Assembly: GCA_039028615.1 (NCBI GenBank)
Contig: JBCCHT010000003.1
Coordinates: 160,001-224,000, forward strand
From: Myxococcota bacterium
Lineage (GTDB): Bacteria > Myxococcota_A > Polyangia > Nannocystales > Nannocystaceae
Direction: 5' to 3'
DNA: 64,000 nt
Shown: positions 54,266 through 63,643 of the stretch, in pieces
How the letters are laid out: each line of letters begins with the position of its first letter
Position numbering within the stretch: position 1 is the stretch's first letter
Notes under the pieces: generated by a model
Database searches by the model: none
What the model was told of the DNA's origin: nothing
The model's input: the letters and a program-made list of their open reading frames with translations, nothing else
Made by a program: the position numbers and the translations under genes

Positions 54266-57040
54266 GTGGCACAGGGTCGGGGTCGAAGCGGGGGCGGGAG
54301 CGCTCGCGGGATCGGGCTGGCGGTGACGCTCGTGGTCCTGCTCGGCTGCCAGGTCGCGGATCAACCCACGCTGGCCGAGTGCGGCAACGGCATCGTCGAG
54401 CCGAGCGCGGGCGAGGACTGCGAGCCGCTGCAAGACCCGGCCGCCTGCGGGGCGGCGGGCTCGGGCGCGAGCGCCTGCCGCTTCATCTGCACCGCGCAGT
54501 CGTGTCCGAGCGGCTTTCGCTGCGGTAACGATGCCATCTGCCGCCAGCCCTGCCTGGGCTTCGAAGGCGAGCCCGCGTGCAACCCCTTCGAGGTGCTCTC
54601 CGAAGACGTCAGCGAGGCCGCGATCGCTCAGGTCTCCGTCGTCGACGTGGTCGGAGATGCACGACCCGAGATCATCGCGGTCGAGTACGACGACGCGCAG
54701 GGACTCGACGCGCAGGTCCAGGTGTATCGCGTCGAGCCCGACGAGATCGTCACGGGCGAGTCGGCGATGGTCGGCGAGTTCCCCGGGGTGGTGCGGCTGT
54801 CGAGCGGGGGCGTGCACTACCTGGTGGCGCAGCGCGATGCCCTGCCGCTCGCGCCCGCCGAGGCCACCGCGAGCCAGCGGCAGGCGATCTTGTCCGTGCT
54901 CGAGCCCGATCTCGGGTTTCGTGAAGTCATCATCCAGGGACCCACCGTGGTCGACCCCGGCCCGCTGCGCTTGGCCTCGTATGCCCCGTCGGACGAGCTG
55001 CCGGGTGAGAGCGTCGAGCCGCTGCTCTTCGGGTTCGGCGAGGACCAGGTGTGGCAGCCCGAGGCCTCGGCGGTGGAGCCTGCGGCGGCGGGGCATCCCG
55101 ACGACCTGCTCGGTCCCTCGATCGGACAGCCCTTCGATGCCGATCAGGCCGCGGCCGCCGGGGCGTTGGCCTCGCAGGTGTGCCCGGTGATGGTCTACGG
55201 CTACCGCGGGCAGACCCAGCTCTTCGCCGAAAACCCGTGTGAGGACCTGGTCGCCACGTGGACGGCACTGCCGCTCTTGTTGCCCGAGCTGCCCGCCGAT
55301 ACGCGCCTCGGCGACGGTCTGGTGGTGGGTGACGCCAACGGCGACGGCCTCGACGATCTGGCCATCACCACCGATGCGGGGCGGATCCACGTGGCCTACG
55401 GGGTCGGGGACGGCAGCTTCCACTCCGTGGCCAGCGAGCTACCCCTGGAAGGAGGCGACGGGCGCTTCGACGATGGCGTCGGGTTCGCGTCCGAGCTCGG
55501 CACTTCGCTCGGTGTGATCGCGGTGGGGGACTTCAACGGCGATGCGCGGCCCGACTTCCTGACGCGCTCCACCTGGATCCGCAGCTGCACCACGGAGGGC
55601 TGCGGCACCTGTGACGTCGAGGGCTACCGCTGTGAGCTCGGGGCTTCGTCGGCCCCGGCCTACTCGGGCACGGCGGCGAGCGTGGCCGACTACGACGGCG
55701 ACGGCGAGATCGAGCTGGCCGTGCTGGCGCGCGAGGCCGACGATCCGCTCTTCCCCGCCGACCAATGGGGCGGGGTCCCGCCGAGCCCGGGGGACTTGGT
55801 GATCATCGACCGCCCCGGCTCCGAGCAGTGGTCGGCGCGGGTCATCCCCATGGTCGGCGCGCCGCGACTGCTCGCCAGCGGGGACCTCGACGGCGACGGA
55901 GCGGACGAGGTGATGCTGGCGCGCTCCACCGAGGGGGGCGACGAGCTTCACGTGACCTACGGCGAGACGGGCGAGGTCGAGTCGCTCGGTGGCCTGGGCC
56001 TCATCGTCGATGCGCACGTGGTGGCGGGCACCCGCACGCTGGCGGTGGTCTCCGAGGGCAGCGAGGGGCAGGGCCGTCGGCTCACCCGACTGACGGCCAC
56101 GCACGAGCGACAGCTGCGGAGCACGGTGAAGCTGGCCCTGGAGGTCGTGCCGCGGAGCTTCGTGGTGGGGAACTGGACGCCCAGCAACCCCGCGGAGCGG
56201 GGCCTGGCGGTGATCGGTGAGACGGCGACGGGCGAAGTGGGGGTCGAGCTGCTGACCCGTGGAGGCGACACTTTCTTCGATGCCTCCACGCGCAACCACG
56301 CGCTGACCTCGTTGCAGCTGGCCGCCGATCAGGCCGCGTCGGCCCAGGCGGTGGCGATCGATCTCGATGGCGACGACATCGACGAGCTCGTGGTGCTCGC
56401 GGCCGATGGAGCCGTGCGCACGCTTCGGGTCTCCGATGCCGGGGGCGCGCCTGCTTTCATCGACCCCACGCTGAGCCCGGCGCTCGAGCCCTTTGCCGGC
56501 CCCGCGTGGCCGGGCGACGATCGTCCGCGCTCGCTGCTCGGCCTGCGGGATCTCGACGACGATGGCGATCTCGATCTGTGGGCACTGAGCGCGGAAGATT
56601 CGCCACAGCTCGTAGCGTTTCGAAACCTCGGCGACGGCACGCTGGACGTGGCGGGCCGGGCGGTCAGTCCCATTCCACCGCTGGAGCTTTCGTTCTGCGA
56701 AGAGGGAACCGGCGACTGCTCGGTACACGTGCGCGCGGTGGCTCCCTTCCGGGTGCGGAGCGACCGGAGTCGCTCGGTCTCCCCGACCGGGATCGACCTG
56801 CTGCTCGCGTCCCGCCGGGCACTGTTCTTGTGGACGCTCGATCCGCTCGATCCCTCGACGGCCACCGCGTTGCCCGTGGCCGAGCTGGCGGTGGTGCGCG
56901 GGGGACGGTTGCCCCTGAGCCCGGAAGGAGGCCAGGTTCTGGCCGCGATCGGGGACATCGACGGCGATGGGGTCGACGACGTCGTTGCGGCGGGCCGCAA
57001 TGGCATTCGGTGGTTGAACGGCCTGGCCGTCAATCCGTGA
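54266..57040 (+). CDS. FG-GAP/VCBS-repeat lipoprotein
   Basis: LLGC lipobox, Cys-rich N-terminus, repeated GDxxGDGxxD motifs; start uncertain (GTG 54266, GGAGG upstream). Confidence 0.82.
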   Translation: MAQGRGRSGGGSARGIGLAVTLVVLLGCQVADQPTLAECGNGIVEPSAGEDCEPLQDPAACGAAGSGASACRFICTAQSCPSGFRCGNDAICRQPCLGFEGEPACNPFEVLSEDVSEAAIAQVSVVDVVGDARPEIIAVEYDDAQGLDAQVQVYRVEPDEIVTGESAMVGEFPGVVRLSSGGVHYLVAQRDALPLAPAEATASQRQAILSVLEPDLGFREVIIQGPTVVDPGPLRLASYAPSDELPGESVEPLLFGFGEDQVWQPEASAVEPAAAGHPDDLLGPSIGQPFDADQAAAAGALASQVCPVMVYGYRGQTQLFAENPCEDLVATWTALPLLLPELPADTRLGDGLVVGDANGDGLDDLAITTDAGRIHVAYGVGDGSFHSVASELPLEGGDGRFDDGVGFASELGTSLGVIAVGDFNGDARPDFLTRSTWIRSCTTEGCGTCDVEGYRCELGASSAPAYSGTAASVADYDGDGEIELAVLAREADDPLFPADQWGGVPPSPGDLVIIDRPGSEQWSARVIPMVGAPRLLASGDLDGDGADEVMLARSTEGGDELHVTYGETGEVESLGGLGLIVDAHVVAGTRTLAVVSEGSEGQGRRLTRLTATHERQLRSTVKLALEVVPRSFVVGNWTPSNPAERGLAVIGETATGEVGVELLTRGGDTFFDASTRNHALTSLQLAADQAASAQAVAIDLDGDDIDELVVLAADGAVRTLRVSDAGGAPAFIDPTLSPALEPFAGPAWPGDDRPRSLLGLRDLDDDGDLDLWALSAEDSPQLVAFRNLGDGTLDVAGRAVSPIPPLELSFCEEGTGDCSVHVRAVAPFRVRSDRSRSVSPTGIDLLLASRRALFLWTLDPLDPSTATALPVAELAVVRGGRLPLSPEGGQVLAAIGDIDGDGVDDVVAAGRNGIRWLNGLAVNP

Positions 57041-57060
57041 CGTACCATCACTGGTGAGTC

Positions 57061-58548
57061 GTGACGCCCCCCGAACAACCCTCCGCTTCGCCCACGCTGC
57101 CCAGCGTGGACACGCCGGGCGAGCCCCGCCGCGGAACGGGGACGCCTCTCGAGGCGGGCGCGGTGCTGGCCGATCGGTATCGCCTGGTGCGGATCCTGGG
57201 CCGCGGCGGCATGGGAGCGGTGTGGGAGGCCGAGCACACCTCGCTGGGGACTCCGGTGGCGGTCAAGCTCATCAAGCCCGAGCTGGCCGACGGCGAGCGC
57301 ACCCGGGCCCGGTTTTTACGGGAGGCGAGGTCCGCCGCGGGTCTGCGTAGCCCTCACGTGGTGCAGATCTTCGACTACGGGGTGCAGGACGACACGCCCT
57401 ACATCGCCATGGAGCTGCTCGAGGGGGAGTCGCTCGCCGAGCGTCTGCGTCGGGTCGGGCGGCTTCCGCCCGCGCAGGTCATGGCCATCGTGGCGCAGGT
57501 GGGGCGGGCGGTGAGCAAGGCCCACGATCGCCGCATCGTGCATCGCGACCTCAAGCCGGACAACATCTTCATCGTCGAGGACGACGACGCCGAGCTGTGC
57601 AAGGTGCTCGACTTCGGCATCGCGAAGGTGCTGCCCGGCGACACGACCCTGGAGGCGGACACCCGCAGCAGCGCGATGCTGGGTACGCCCTACTACATGA
57701 GCCCCGAGCAGGCGATCGACGCCAGCGATGTCGACGGGCGCTCGGACCTGTGGTCGCTGGCCGTGATCGCGTTCGAGTGCGTGGTGGGGGGCCGGCCCTT
57801 CGATGCGTCCACCGTGCCCGCGTTGTCGGTACAGATCCTCGTCGACCCGATCCCCGTGCCCTCCGAGCGCGGCAAGGTGCCGCCCGGCTTCGATGCTTGG
57901 TTCGCCCGCGCGACCCAGCGCGAGCCCGGCGATCGCTTTCAATCGGCGAGGGAGCTGACCCAGACCCTGGCCGAGGCACTGGGGGTGGATGCGCCGTCGA
58001 TGGCGACGCTGTCGTCGACGGCCATGGCGAGCCGGCCTCGAGCTCGCTCCTGGTGGCCCGGGGCCGCGCTGGTGCTGGCCGGCGTGGGGGCCGTGGCGTG
58101 GTGGCAAACCCGGCCCGGTGACGAGCCCGAGCCGCCCGAAGCGAAGGCGGCAGTCGAAAGCGAGAAGAAGGCGGCGAGCGACGAGCCGCCCGAGGACGCA
58201 GACGCAGGCGAAGCGTCGGCGGCCTCGAGCGCAACGCCGGAGCCTCCCGTACCGGACCATGCCGCGATCCAGGTCCAGCTGCAGGGTCCCGCGGGCGCCG
58301 AGGTCTACCGGGGTCAGCTCAAGCTGGCGACCTTGCCCGAGACCTTCCGCGTCCCCTGGGGCGAGCAATCGGTGGTGCTGCGGGTCGTGGCTCCGGGATA
58401 CGAAGACTACGAGCTCGAGCTGACGCCGAGCGAAGACCGGCAGCTCGAGCTGGAGATGAAGCCCCAGCGCAAGACCCCGCGGCGCGACCCCAAGCCGAAC
58501 CCCAAAAACCCCGAGCCGGGCGCGTCCGTCGACGACCTGGAGTTCTGA
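57061..58548 (+). CDS. Membrane Ser/Thr kinase with PEGA-like extracytoplasmic domain
   Basis: GRGGMG, HRDLKPDN, DFG, GTPYYMSPE, TM segment, ends VDDLEF. Confidence 0.92.
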   Translation: MTPPEQPSASPTLPSVDTPGEPRRGTGTPLEAGAVLADRYRLVRILGRGGMGAVWEAEHTSLGTPVAVKLIKPELADGERTRARFLREARSAAGLRSPHVVQIFDYGVQDDTPYIAMELLEGESLAERLRRVGRLPPAQVMAIVAQVGRAVSKAHDRRIVHRDLKPDNIFIVEDDDAELCKVLDFGIAKVLPGDTTLEADTRSSAMLGTPYYMSPEQAIDASDVDGRSDLWSLAVIAFECVVGGRPFDASTVPALSVQILVDPIPVPSERGKVPPGFDAWFARATQREPGDRFQSARELTQTLAEALGVDAPSMATLSSTAMASRPRARSWWPGAALVLAGVGAVAWWQTRPGDEPEPPEAKAAVESEKKAASDEPPEDADAGEASAASSATPEPPVPDHAAIQVQLQGPAGAEVYRGQLKLATLPETFRVPWGEQSVVLRVVAPGYEDYELELTPSEDRQLELEMKPQRKTPRRDPKPNPKNPEPGASVDDLEF

Positions 58549-58554
58549 GCGCGC

Positions 58555-59823
58555 ATGGGTGGTCTGGCGTCATTGTTGCTATGGGGGGTGCTCGCCCCGG
58601 CCGCGCCCGCGTCCGAGAGCGCGGCTCGGCCTCCTGCGCCCACCGTGCGGCCCGAGCATCGCGAGGAACTCGATGTCCTGCCCGACGATCAGCTCGATGT
58701 CGAGGAAGCCAAGCGCCTGTTCCTGGCGGGTAAACAAGCGGCGGAGCACGGGCGCTGGGACGAGGCCATTCGCTACTTCGCCGAGGCCTACCGCCACTCG
58801 GGCAGCCCCGGGCAGCTGTACTCGATGGGCCGAGGCCATCGCGAGCTGTACTTCAACCAGGGGCGCGACCCGGTGCAGCTGCGGCTGGCGCTGTTGCGTT
58901 TCGAGCAGTACCTCGAGCGCAGCCCCCAGGGGCGCAACCGGGCGAACACCAAGAAGTACATCGAAGAGCTGCGGTCCTACGCCACGGTGCTCGAGGGCTT
59001 CGATCAACCCGAGCTGATCACCCGGCTGATGGTGCACGGGCCCGTCGATGGGGCCACCGTGTCCATCGACGGCGGACCGCCGAGCGCCGCCCCGGTCACC
59101 TTCGATGTGGAGCCCGGCAGTCATCGCGTGCAGATGAGCGCGCCTGGCTATCACGAGGCCGACCGTCGCGTGGAGGTCCCCGAAGGCGCCACTGTGCCGC
59201 TGGAGATCGTGCTCGAGGAGCGCGCGGCCGAGCTGCGCGTCACCGGTCCCGCGGGCGCCGAACTCTACGTCGATGGCCAACGCAACGGGCGCTTGCCGTT
59301 GACCACCCCCGTCGAGCTCGAGGCCGGGCCGCATCAGGTCGCGGTGGCGCAGCGCGGGCATACCCCCTTCGTTCGCGAGATCGAGCTGACCCGGGGGGAG
59401 GCGCGGACTCTCGAGGTCGACCTGCCGATCACCTTCCAGCGCAAGCTGTCGTTCGTGGCCATGGGACTGGGGGCGGGTAGCTCGGTGGCGGCCATCACCC
59501 TCGGTGCCCTCGCCGTGCGCAGCCAGAACCAGGCCCAGCAGATCGAGGACGAGCGGCTGACGGTGGGGGTGAGCGAGGCTCGCTTCGCGCAAGGGCAGGC
59601 GGCATGGCAGCAGCGCGACACTCGGAGGGTCGCCGCGCTCAGCACGGGAGTGGTGGGCGTCGTGCTCATCGGGGCGGGGCTGGTGGCGTATTTCACCGAC
59701 GACCCGCGGCTCGCCGATCGCCTCTATCGCCCCGATCGGGCGCCCAGCCGCGCCAGACCGATCGCCATCGTGCCGGTCGTGGGCGCGGGTCTGGCTGGAA
59801 CCTCCGTGGTCGGACGCTTTTAG
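58555..59823 (+). CDS. Secreted TPR + tandem PEGA domain protein
   Basis: Signal peptide, TPR (AIRYFAEAY), two PEGA-like repeats, terminal GRF. Confidence 0.85.
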   Translation: MGGLASLLLWGVLAPAAPASESAARPPAPTVRPEHREELDVLPDDQLDVEEAKRLFLAGKQAAEHGRWDEAIRYFAEAYRHSGSPGQLYSMGRGHRELYFNQGRDPVQLRLALLRFEQYLERSPQGRNRANTKKYIEELRSYATVLEGFDQPELITRLMVHGPVDGATVSIDGGPPSAAPVTFDVEPGSHRVQMSAPGYHEADRRVEVPEGATVPLEIVLEERAAELRVTGPAGAELYVDGQRNGRLPLTTPVELEAGPHQVAVAQRGHTPFVREIELTRGEARTLEVDLPITFQRKLSFVAMGLGAGSSVAAITLGALAVRSQNQAQQIEDERLTVGVSEARFAQGQAAWQQRDTRRVAALSTGVVGVVLIGAGLVAYFTDDPRLADRLYRPDRAPSRARPIAIVPVVGAGLAGTSVVGRF

Positions 59824-59844
59824 GGCTACGATTGTGGGGCCGGC

Positions 59845-61119
59845 GTGACGAGCGACGAGCCCGACGATCTCCAGAGCCTCGAGGCCCAGCGTGTCTTCGC
59901 CAGTGTGGCGCGGTCGCTGCTCGGGGAGACCGTCTCGCTGCCCACCATCGGTCGCTTCGAGGTACGAGAGCGCCTGGGCTCGGGGGGCATGGGCGAGGTG
60001 TATGGGGCTTTCGACCCGGAGCACCGCCGAGACGTCGCGCTGAAGTTTCTTCGCAACGACTTGGGGGCGGACTCCGAGGCGGTGACGCGGCTCAAGCGAG
60101 AGGCCCGGGCGCTGGCGCGGCTCGAGCACCCCAACGTCGTGAAGGTCTACGAGGTCGGGGTCAGCGAGGACCGGGTATTCATCGCCATGGAGCGGCTGCG
60201 GGGGCAGACGCTGTCGGCCGAGCTCGAGCGCGACGGAGCCCTCTCCGTGACCCGGGCGTGGTCGGTGCTCTCACAGCTGTGTGCCGCCGTCGGCCGGGCC
60301 CACGCGGAGGGCATCATTCATCGCGATCTCAAGCCGGCCAACATCTTCTCGCACGAGGGGCCGCCCCCGCGCGTCAAGGTGCTCGACTTCGGCATTGCCA
60401 AGGGGGTCGGCAAGGGCACGCTCGAGGCCTCCACCGCGAGCGGCACGGTGATGGGCACGCCATTTTACATGAGCCCGGAACAAGCGCGGGACTCGACCAA
60501 GATCGATCACCGCTGCGACCTGTGGGCGGTGGCGATCATCGCCTACGAGTGCGTGGTGGGGCGGCGGCCCTTCGTGGCGGACAACCTGGCCAAGCTCGCG
60601 GTGGAGCTGTTGACCAAGGACTTGCCCGTGCCCTCCGCGCAGGCCGATGTGCCCCCCGGCTTCGACGCGTGGTTCGCTCGTGCGGCCCATCGGGACCTGG
60701 AGCAGCGCTACGGGTCGGCGGCCGAGCTGGTGCGGGGCCTGGCCGAGGTCTTCGGTCAGTCGCCACCCGCGTGGGCACAGCAAGACGCGCCTCGAAGTCG
60801 GGTGCCATGGATCGCGGGCGTCATCGTGGTGGCGGTCGGCGTCGGGGCGGCATTGTGGCTGGCGGGTGGGAATGAAAGGCAGGCTCCGCGCCCGCCGAAG
60901 GCCCCGTCGCCTGTCGTTTCGCCTCCCGTATCGGCTTCGACGTCGGGCTCGGCGGCAGAGCCCGCCTCGGAGGCCGATACATCGACCCCGTCCGCAGCGT
61001 CGACCACCGCGGCGACCCCCGCCGACTCCACGGGCTCCGACGCACCCCGCCCTCAGCCGCGCCCGCCTCGGCCCACCAAGCCCAAGCCGAAGCCCGACGT
61101 CGACGACCTCGAGTTCTGA
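59845..61119 (+). CDS. Membrane Ser/Thr kinase
   Basis: GSGGMG, HRDLKPAN, DFG, GTPFYMSPE, TM segment, disordered tail ending VDDLEF. Confidence 0.92.
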   Translation: MTSDEPDDLQSLEAQRVFASVARSLLGETVSLPTIGRFEVRERLGSGGMGEVYGAFDPEHRRDVALKFLRNDLGADSEAVTRLKREARALARLEHPNVVKVYEVGVSEDRVFIAMERLRGQTLSAELERDGALSVTRAWSVLSQLCAAVGRAHAEGIIHRDLKPANIFSHEGPPPRVKVLDFGIAKGVGKGTLEASTASGTVMGTPFYMSPEQARDSTKIDHRCDLWAVAIIAYECVVGRRPFVADNLAKLAVELLTKDLPVPSAQADVPPGFDAWFARAAHRDLEQRYGSAAELVRGLAEVFGQSPPAWAQQDAPRSRVPWIAGVIVVAVGVGAALWLAGGNERQAPRPPKAPSPVVSPPVSASTSGSAAEPASEADTSTPSAASTTAATPADSTGSDAPRPQPRPPRPTKPKPKPDVDDLEF

Positions 61120-61120
61120 C

Positions 61121-61744
61121 TCAGGAGCTCGAGCCGCCGCCGGCCGCTTCGCGCAGCGACGCCGCCCAGCGCTCGAGGTTGCCCGTGGTCGAGGCCAGCG
61201 GATCGGCGTTGCCCCGCAGCTGCTTCATGCAGGTCCCCAGCGCCTCTTTGGCCCGTCGCAGCCGGCTGCGCACGCCCGGCTCGCCCAGGCCCAGCACCTC
61301 GGCCATCTCCGGCCCGGTCAGGCCTTCCCACAGGTGCAGCTCCAGCGCGATCTGGTAGTCGAGCGGGATGCGACGCAGCGCCTCGAGCAACAGCCGCTGC
61401 TCCACCTTGTCGGCGATGATCGAGCTGGGCGAGGGCGCCAGGTCCATGGCGCTGTGGTCGGTGAAGTCGATGGGGTCGTCCTTGCGGCGGCGACGGCGAA
61501 ACTCGTTGTAGAGCACGTTGCGGGCGGTCCCCAGCAGGAACGCGCGGAAGCTGGCGTCGCGACGAAAGCGAGTGTGGGTCTCGACGCAGGCGAGGAAGGT
61601 CTGCTGTACGAGGTCTTCGGATCCGGTGGTGATCTTGTTGTTGAAGAAACGAAACACCGCACGGAAGTGCCGGCGAAAGAGCTGGCCTCCCGCCTCCCGG
61701 TCTCCGGCTGCCCAGGCATCGAGCAGATCGAAGTCACTCGTCAC
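61121..61744 (-). CDS. ECF RNA polymerase sigma factor (paralog of 22426..22995)
   Basis: LLDAWAAGD, EDLVQQTFLAC, LELHLWEGL, VRSRLRRAK; GTG 61744. Confidence 0.9.
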   Translation of the reverse strand: MTSDFDLLDAWAAGDREAGGQLFRRHFRAVFRFFNNKITTGSEDLVQQTFLACVETHTRFRRDASFRAFLLGTARNVLYNEFRRRRRKDDPIDFTDHSAMDLAPSPSSIIADKVEQRLLLEALRRIPLDYQIALELHLWEGLTGPEMAEVLGLGEPGVRSRLRRAKEALGTCMKQLRGNADPLASTTGNLERWAASLREAAGGGSSS

Positions 61745-61928
61745 CCCGCGATCGTAGACCAACCCGGCGCGCGCAAGGCGAGTTCGGCCGACAAGGCCCT
61801 CCAACGGGCGATCAACCCGCCAAGCGGGCATTGGGCGAACTGCCCAATGCGGTCGCGGCCCGGCGCGCAGCGGGCCGAGATCATTATCGTCGCCGCGATG
61901 GAACGCTTCGTGCTCTTGCGTAGCCCCG

Positions 61929-63020
61929 ATGGCGACCAGGGGTTTGTGCGGAGTGATGGCGATCGGTTTGGCCTTGGCCTGCGGCGGCGACGAGTCCCGC
62001 CCGGTCGCACCGCCGTGGGGCGGTCTCGATGGCAGCGGCCTCGATGGTGCGGCCGACGACCAAGACGGCGGCAGCGTGGGCGAAGACCCCGCGGGAGGCT
62101 CGGGCACCGCCAGCACGCCCGGCACCGGTCCGGCGGGGTCCTCGGGCACCGCGGCGGACGACGATGGCACGGCGGGCGACGGGGCGGACGACGGCAGCGG
62201 GCCTCCCTCGGGCGACTGCCCTGCGAACTGCTACTGCGAGCCCTTCGACGCCACCGCGGACATCGCCGATCTCGAGGCGTCGTTTGCCAGCGACAATTGG
62301 GCGGAGGTCATGATCGGGGTGCTCGCCCGGCGCTACCCGGCCGGCGCCGACCTGCTGGTGGAGATGCAAGATGACCCCTGGTTCGGCGCGTTCACGGACA
62401 CCAGCAGCTTCACGGGATTGATGGACTCGGTCATGACCGAAGTGCACGAGGGTACCCATGGCTGGGACTACGACCATGCGTTTGGCCAGCCCTACTTCGG
62501 CTACTGGCTGCGCTCGGACCTCATCTTCGAGCCCACCAAGATCGACGGATTTCCCCGCGCCGAGATCGCGCCCATGCTCGTCGACGACTCGACCTCGCTG
62601 TACGCGGGCACCTATCTCACCGGTACTCAGGGCACCTACGGCTTCTATGAGCTGCTCGACGAGATGAACAGCTACATCAACGGCATGGGGGGCATCGCGG
62701 CGGTGGGCGAGCACATCCCGTGGGGCATCAGCGGTCGCGATGGCGCTGTGGCCTTCATGTACTACCTGGAGCTGTATCTGCGACGGGCTCGGACGACATA
62801 CCCCGAGCTTTATGCGCAGATGCAGGCCGAGTCCGAGTACGTGGACCTGATTCGGACGCAGTGGCTGCGCCTTCACTTCTTGCTCGAGCAGGCGGACGGA
62901 CATCCCCACCTGGGCATCCACGACGCCGAGATCCGCGCCCACATGCACGAGCCCAGCAATATGGCGGAGATCGAGATGTTCGTCGGCCAGCCGATCGACG
63001 CCTCGAACTGCCTTCCGTAG
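61929..63020 (+). CDS. Lipoprotein with HExxH motif, putative zinc metallopeptidase
   Basis: LALAC lipobox, Gly/Asp linker, VHEGTH, downstream LLDEMNSY. Confidence 0.65.
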   Translation: MATRGLCGVMAIGLALACGGDESRPVAPPWGGLDGSGLDGAADDQDGGSVGEDPAGGSGTASTPGTGPAGSSGTAADDDGTAGDGADDGSGPPSGDCPANCYCEPFDATADIADLEASFASDNWAEVMIGVLARRYPAGADLLVEMQDDPWFGAFTDTSSFTGLMDSVMTEVHEGTHGWDYDHAFGQPYFGYWLRSDLIFEPTKIDGFPRAEIAPMLVDDSTSLYAGTYLTGTQGTYGFYELLDEMNSYINGMGGIAAVGEHIPWGISGRDGAVAFMYYLELYLRRARTTYPELYAQMQAESEYVDLIRTQWLRLHFLLEQADGHPHLGIHDAEIRAHMHEPSNMAEIEMFVGQPIDASNCLP

Positions 63021-63055
63021 CGCTCGGTCGCCCAAAAGTCTGTTAGGGTGGTGGT

Positions 63056-63643
63056 ATGACAGTGCCGCCGTCTGACGACGAGCCCCGCGACGAGGACGGC
63101 ACCTCGGCGTCCGCCGATCCCGATCGCGCCGCGATCTTGGCTCGTCGTCAGCGTTTCATCGCGCTCGCGCTGACCGGCCTGGCCTCCACCGGTTGCGAGA
63201 AGCCGACCAAAAAACCCGGCGGCGAGGTGCACCAAGGCCAGGACGACGCGGGCAAGGCCTGCCTGAAGGTCGCCGCGCCCATTCTGGACGTGGGCACGCC
63301 CCAGCCGTGCCTCGAGGTGGCCGAGCCGCCCGCGCCCGAGCCCGGGGGCGAAGACGATGCCACGCCGCAGCCGTGTCTGATGGTGATCCCCGATCCGCCG
63401 CCCAAGGACGACGGGGGCAACGACGACGACGCCGCACCCCGACCCTGCCTCAACATCGCACCGCCGCCCGATCCAGAGCCCGGCGGTGACGACGATGCCA
63501 CGCCGCGCCCGTGTCTTCGGGTCGCGCAGCCACCCCCCGATCCCAAGCCGCAGCCGTGCCTGCGGGTGGCGCCTCCGCCCGAGCCCGAGCCCGCCCCACC
63601 GCGGCCCTGCTTGAAGATCGCCAAGCCCAGACCCGACAAGTGA
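63056..63643 (+). CDS. Pro-rich lipoprotein with seven PxPCL-type repeats
   Basis: ILARRQRFIALALTGLASTGC signal/lipobox; six P[QR]PCLx[VI] plus one KACLKV. Confidence 0.8.
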   Translation: MTVPPSDDEPRDEDGTSASADPDRAAILARRQRFIALALTGLASTGCEKPTKKPGGEVHQGQDDAGKACLKVAAPILDVGTPQPCLEVAEPPAPEPGGEDDATPQPCLMVIPDPPPKDDGGNDDDAAPRPCLNIAPPPDPEPGGDDDATPRPCLRVAQPPPDPKPQPCLRVAPPPEPEPAPPRPCLKIAKPRPDK

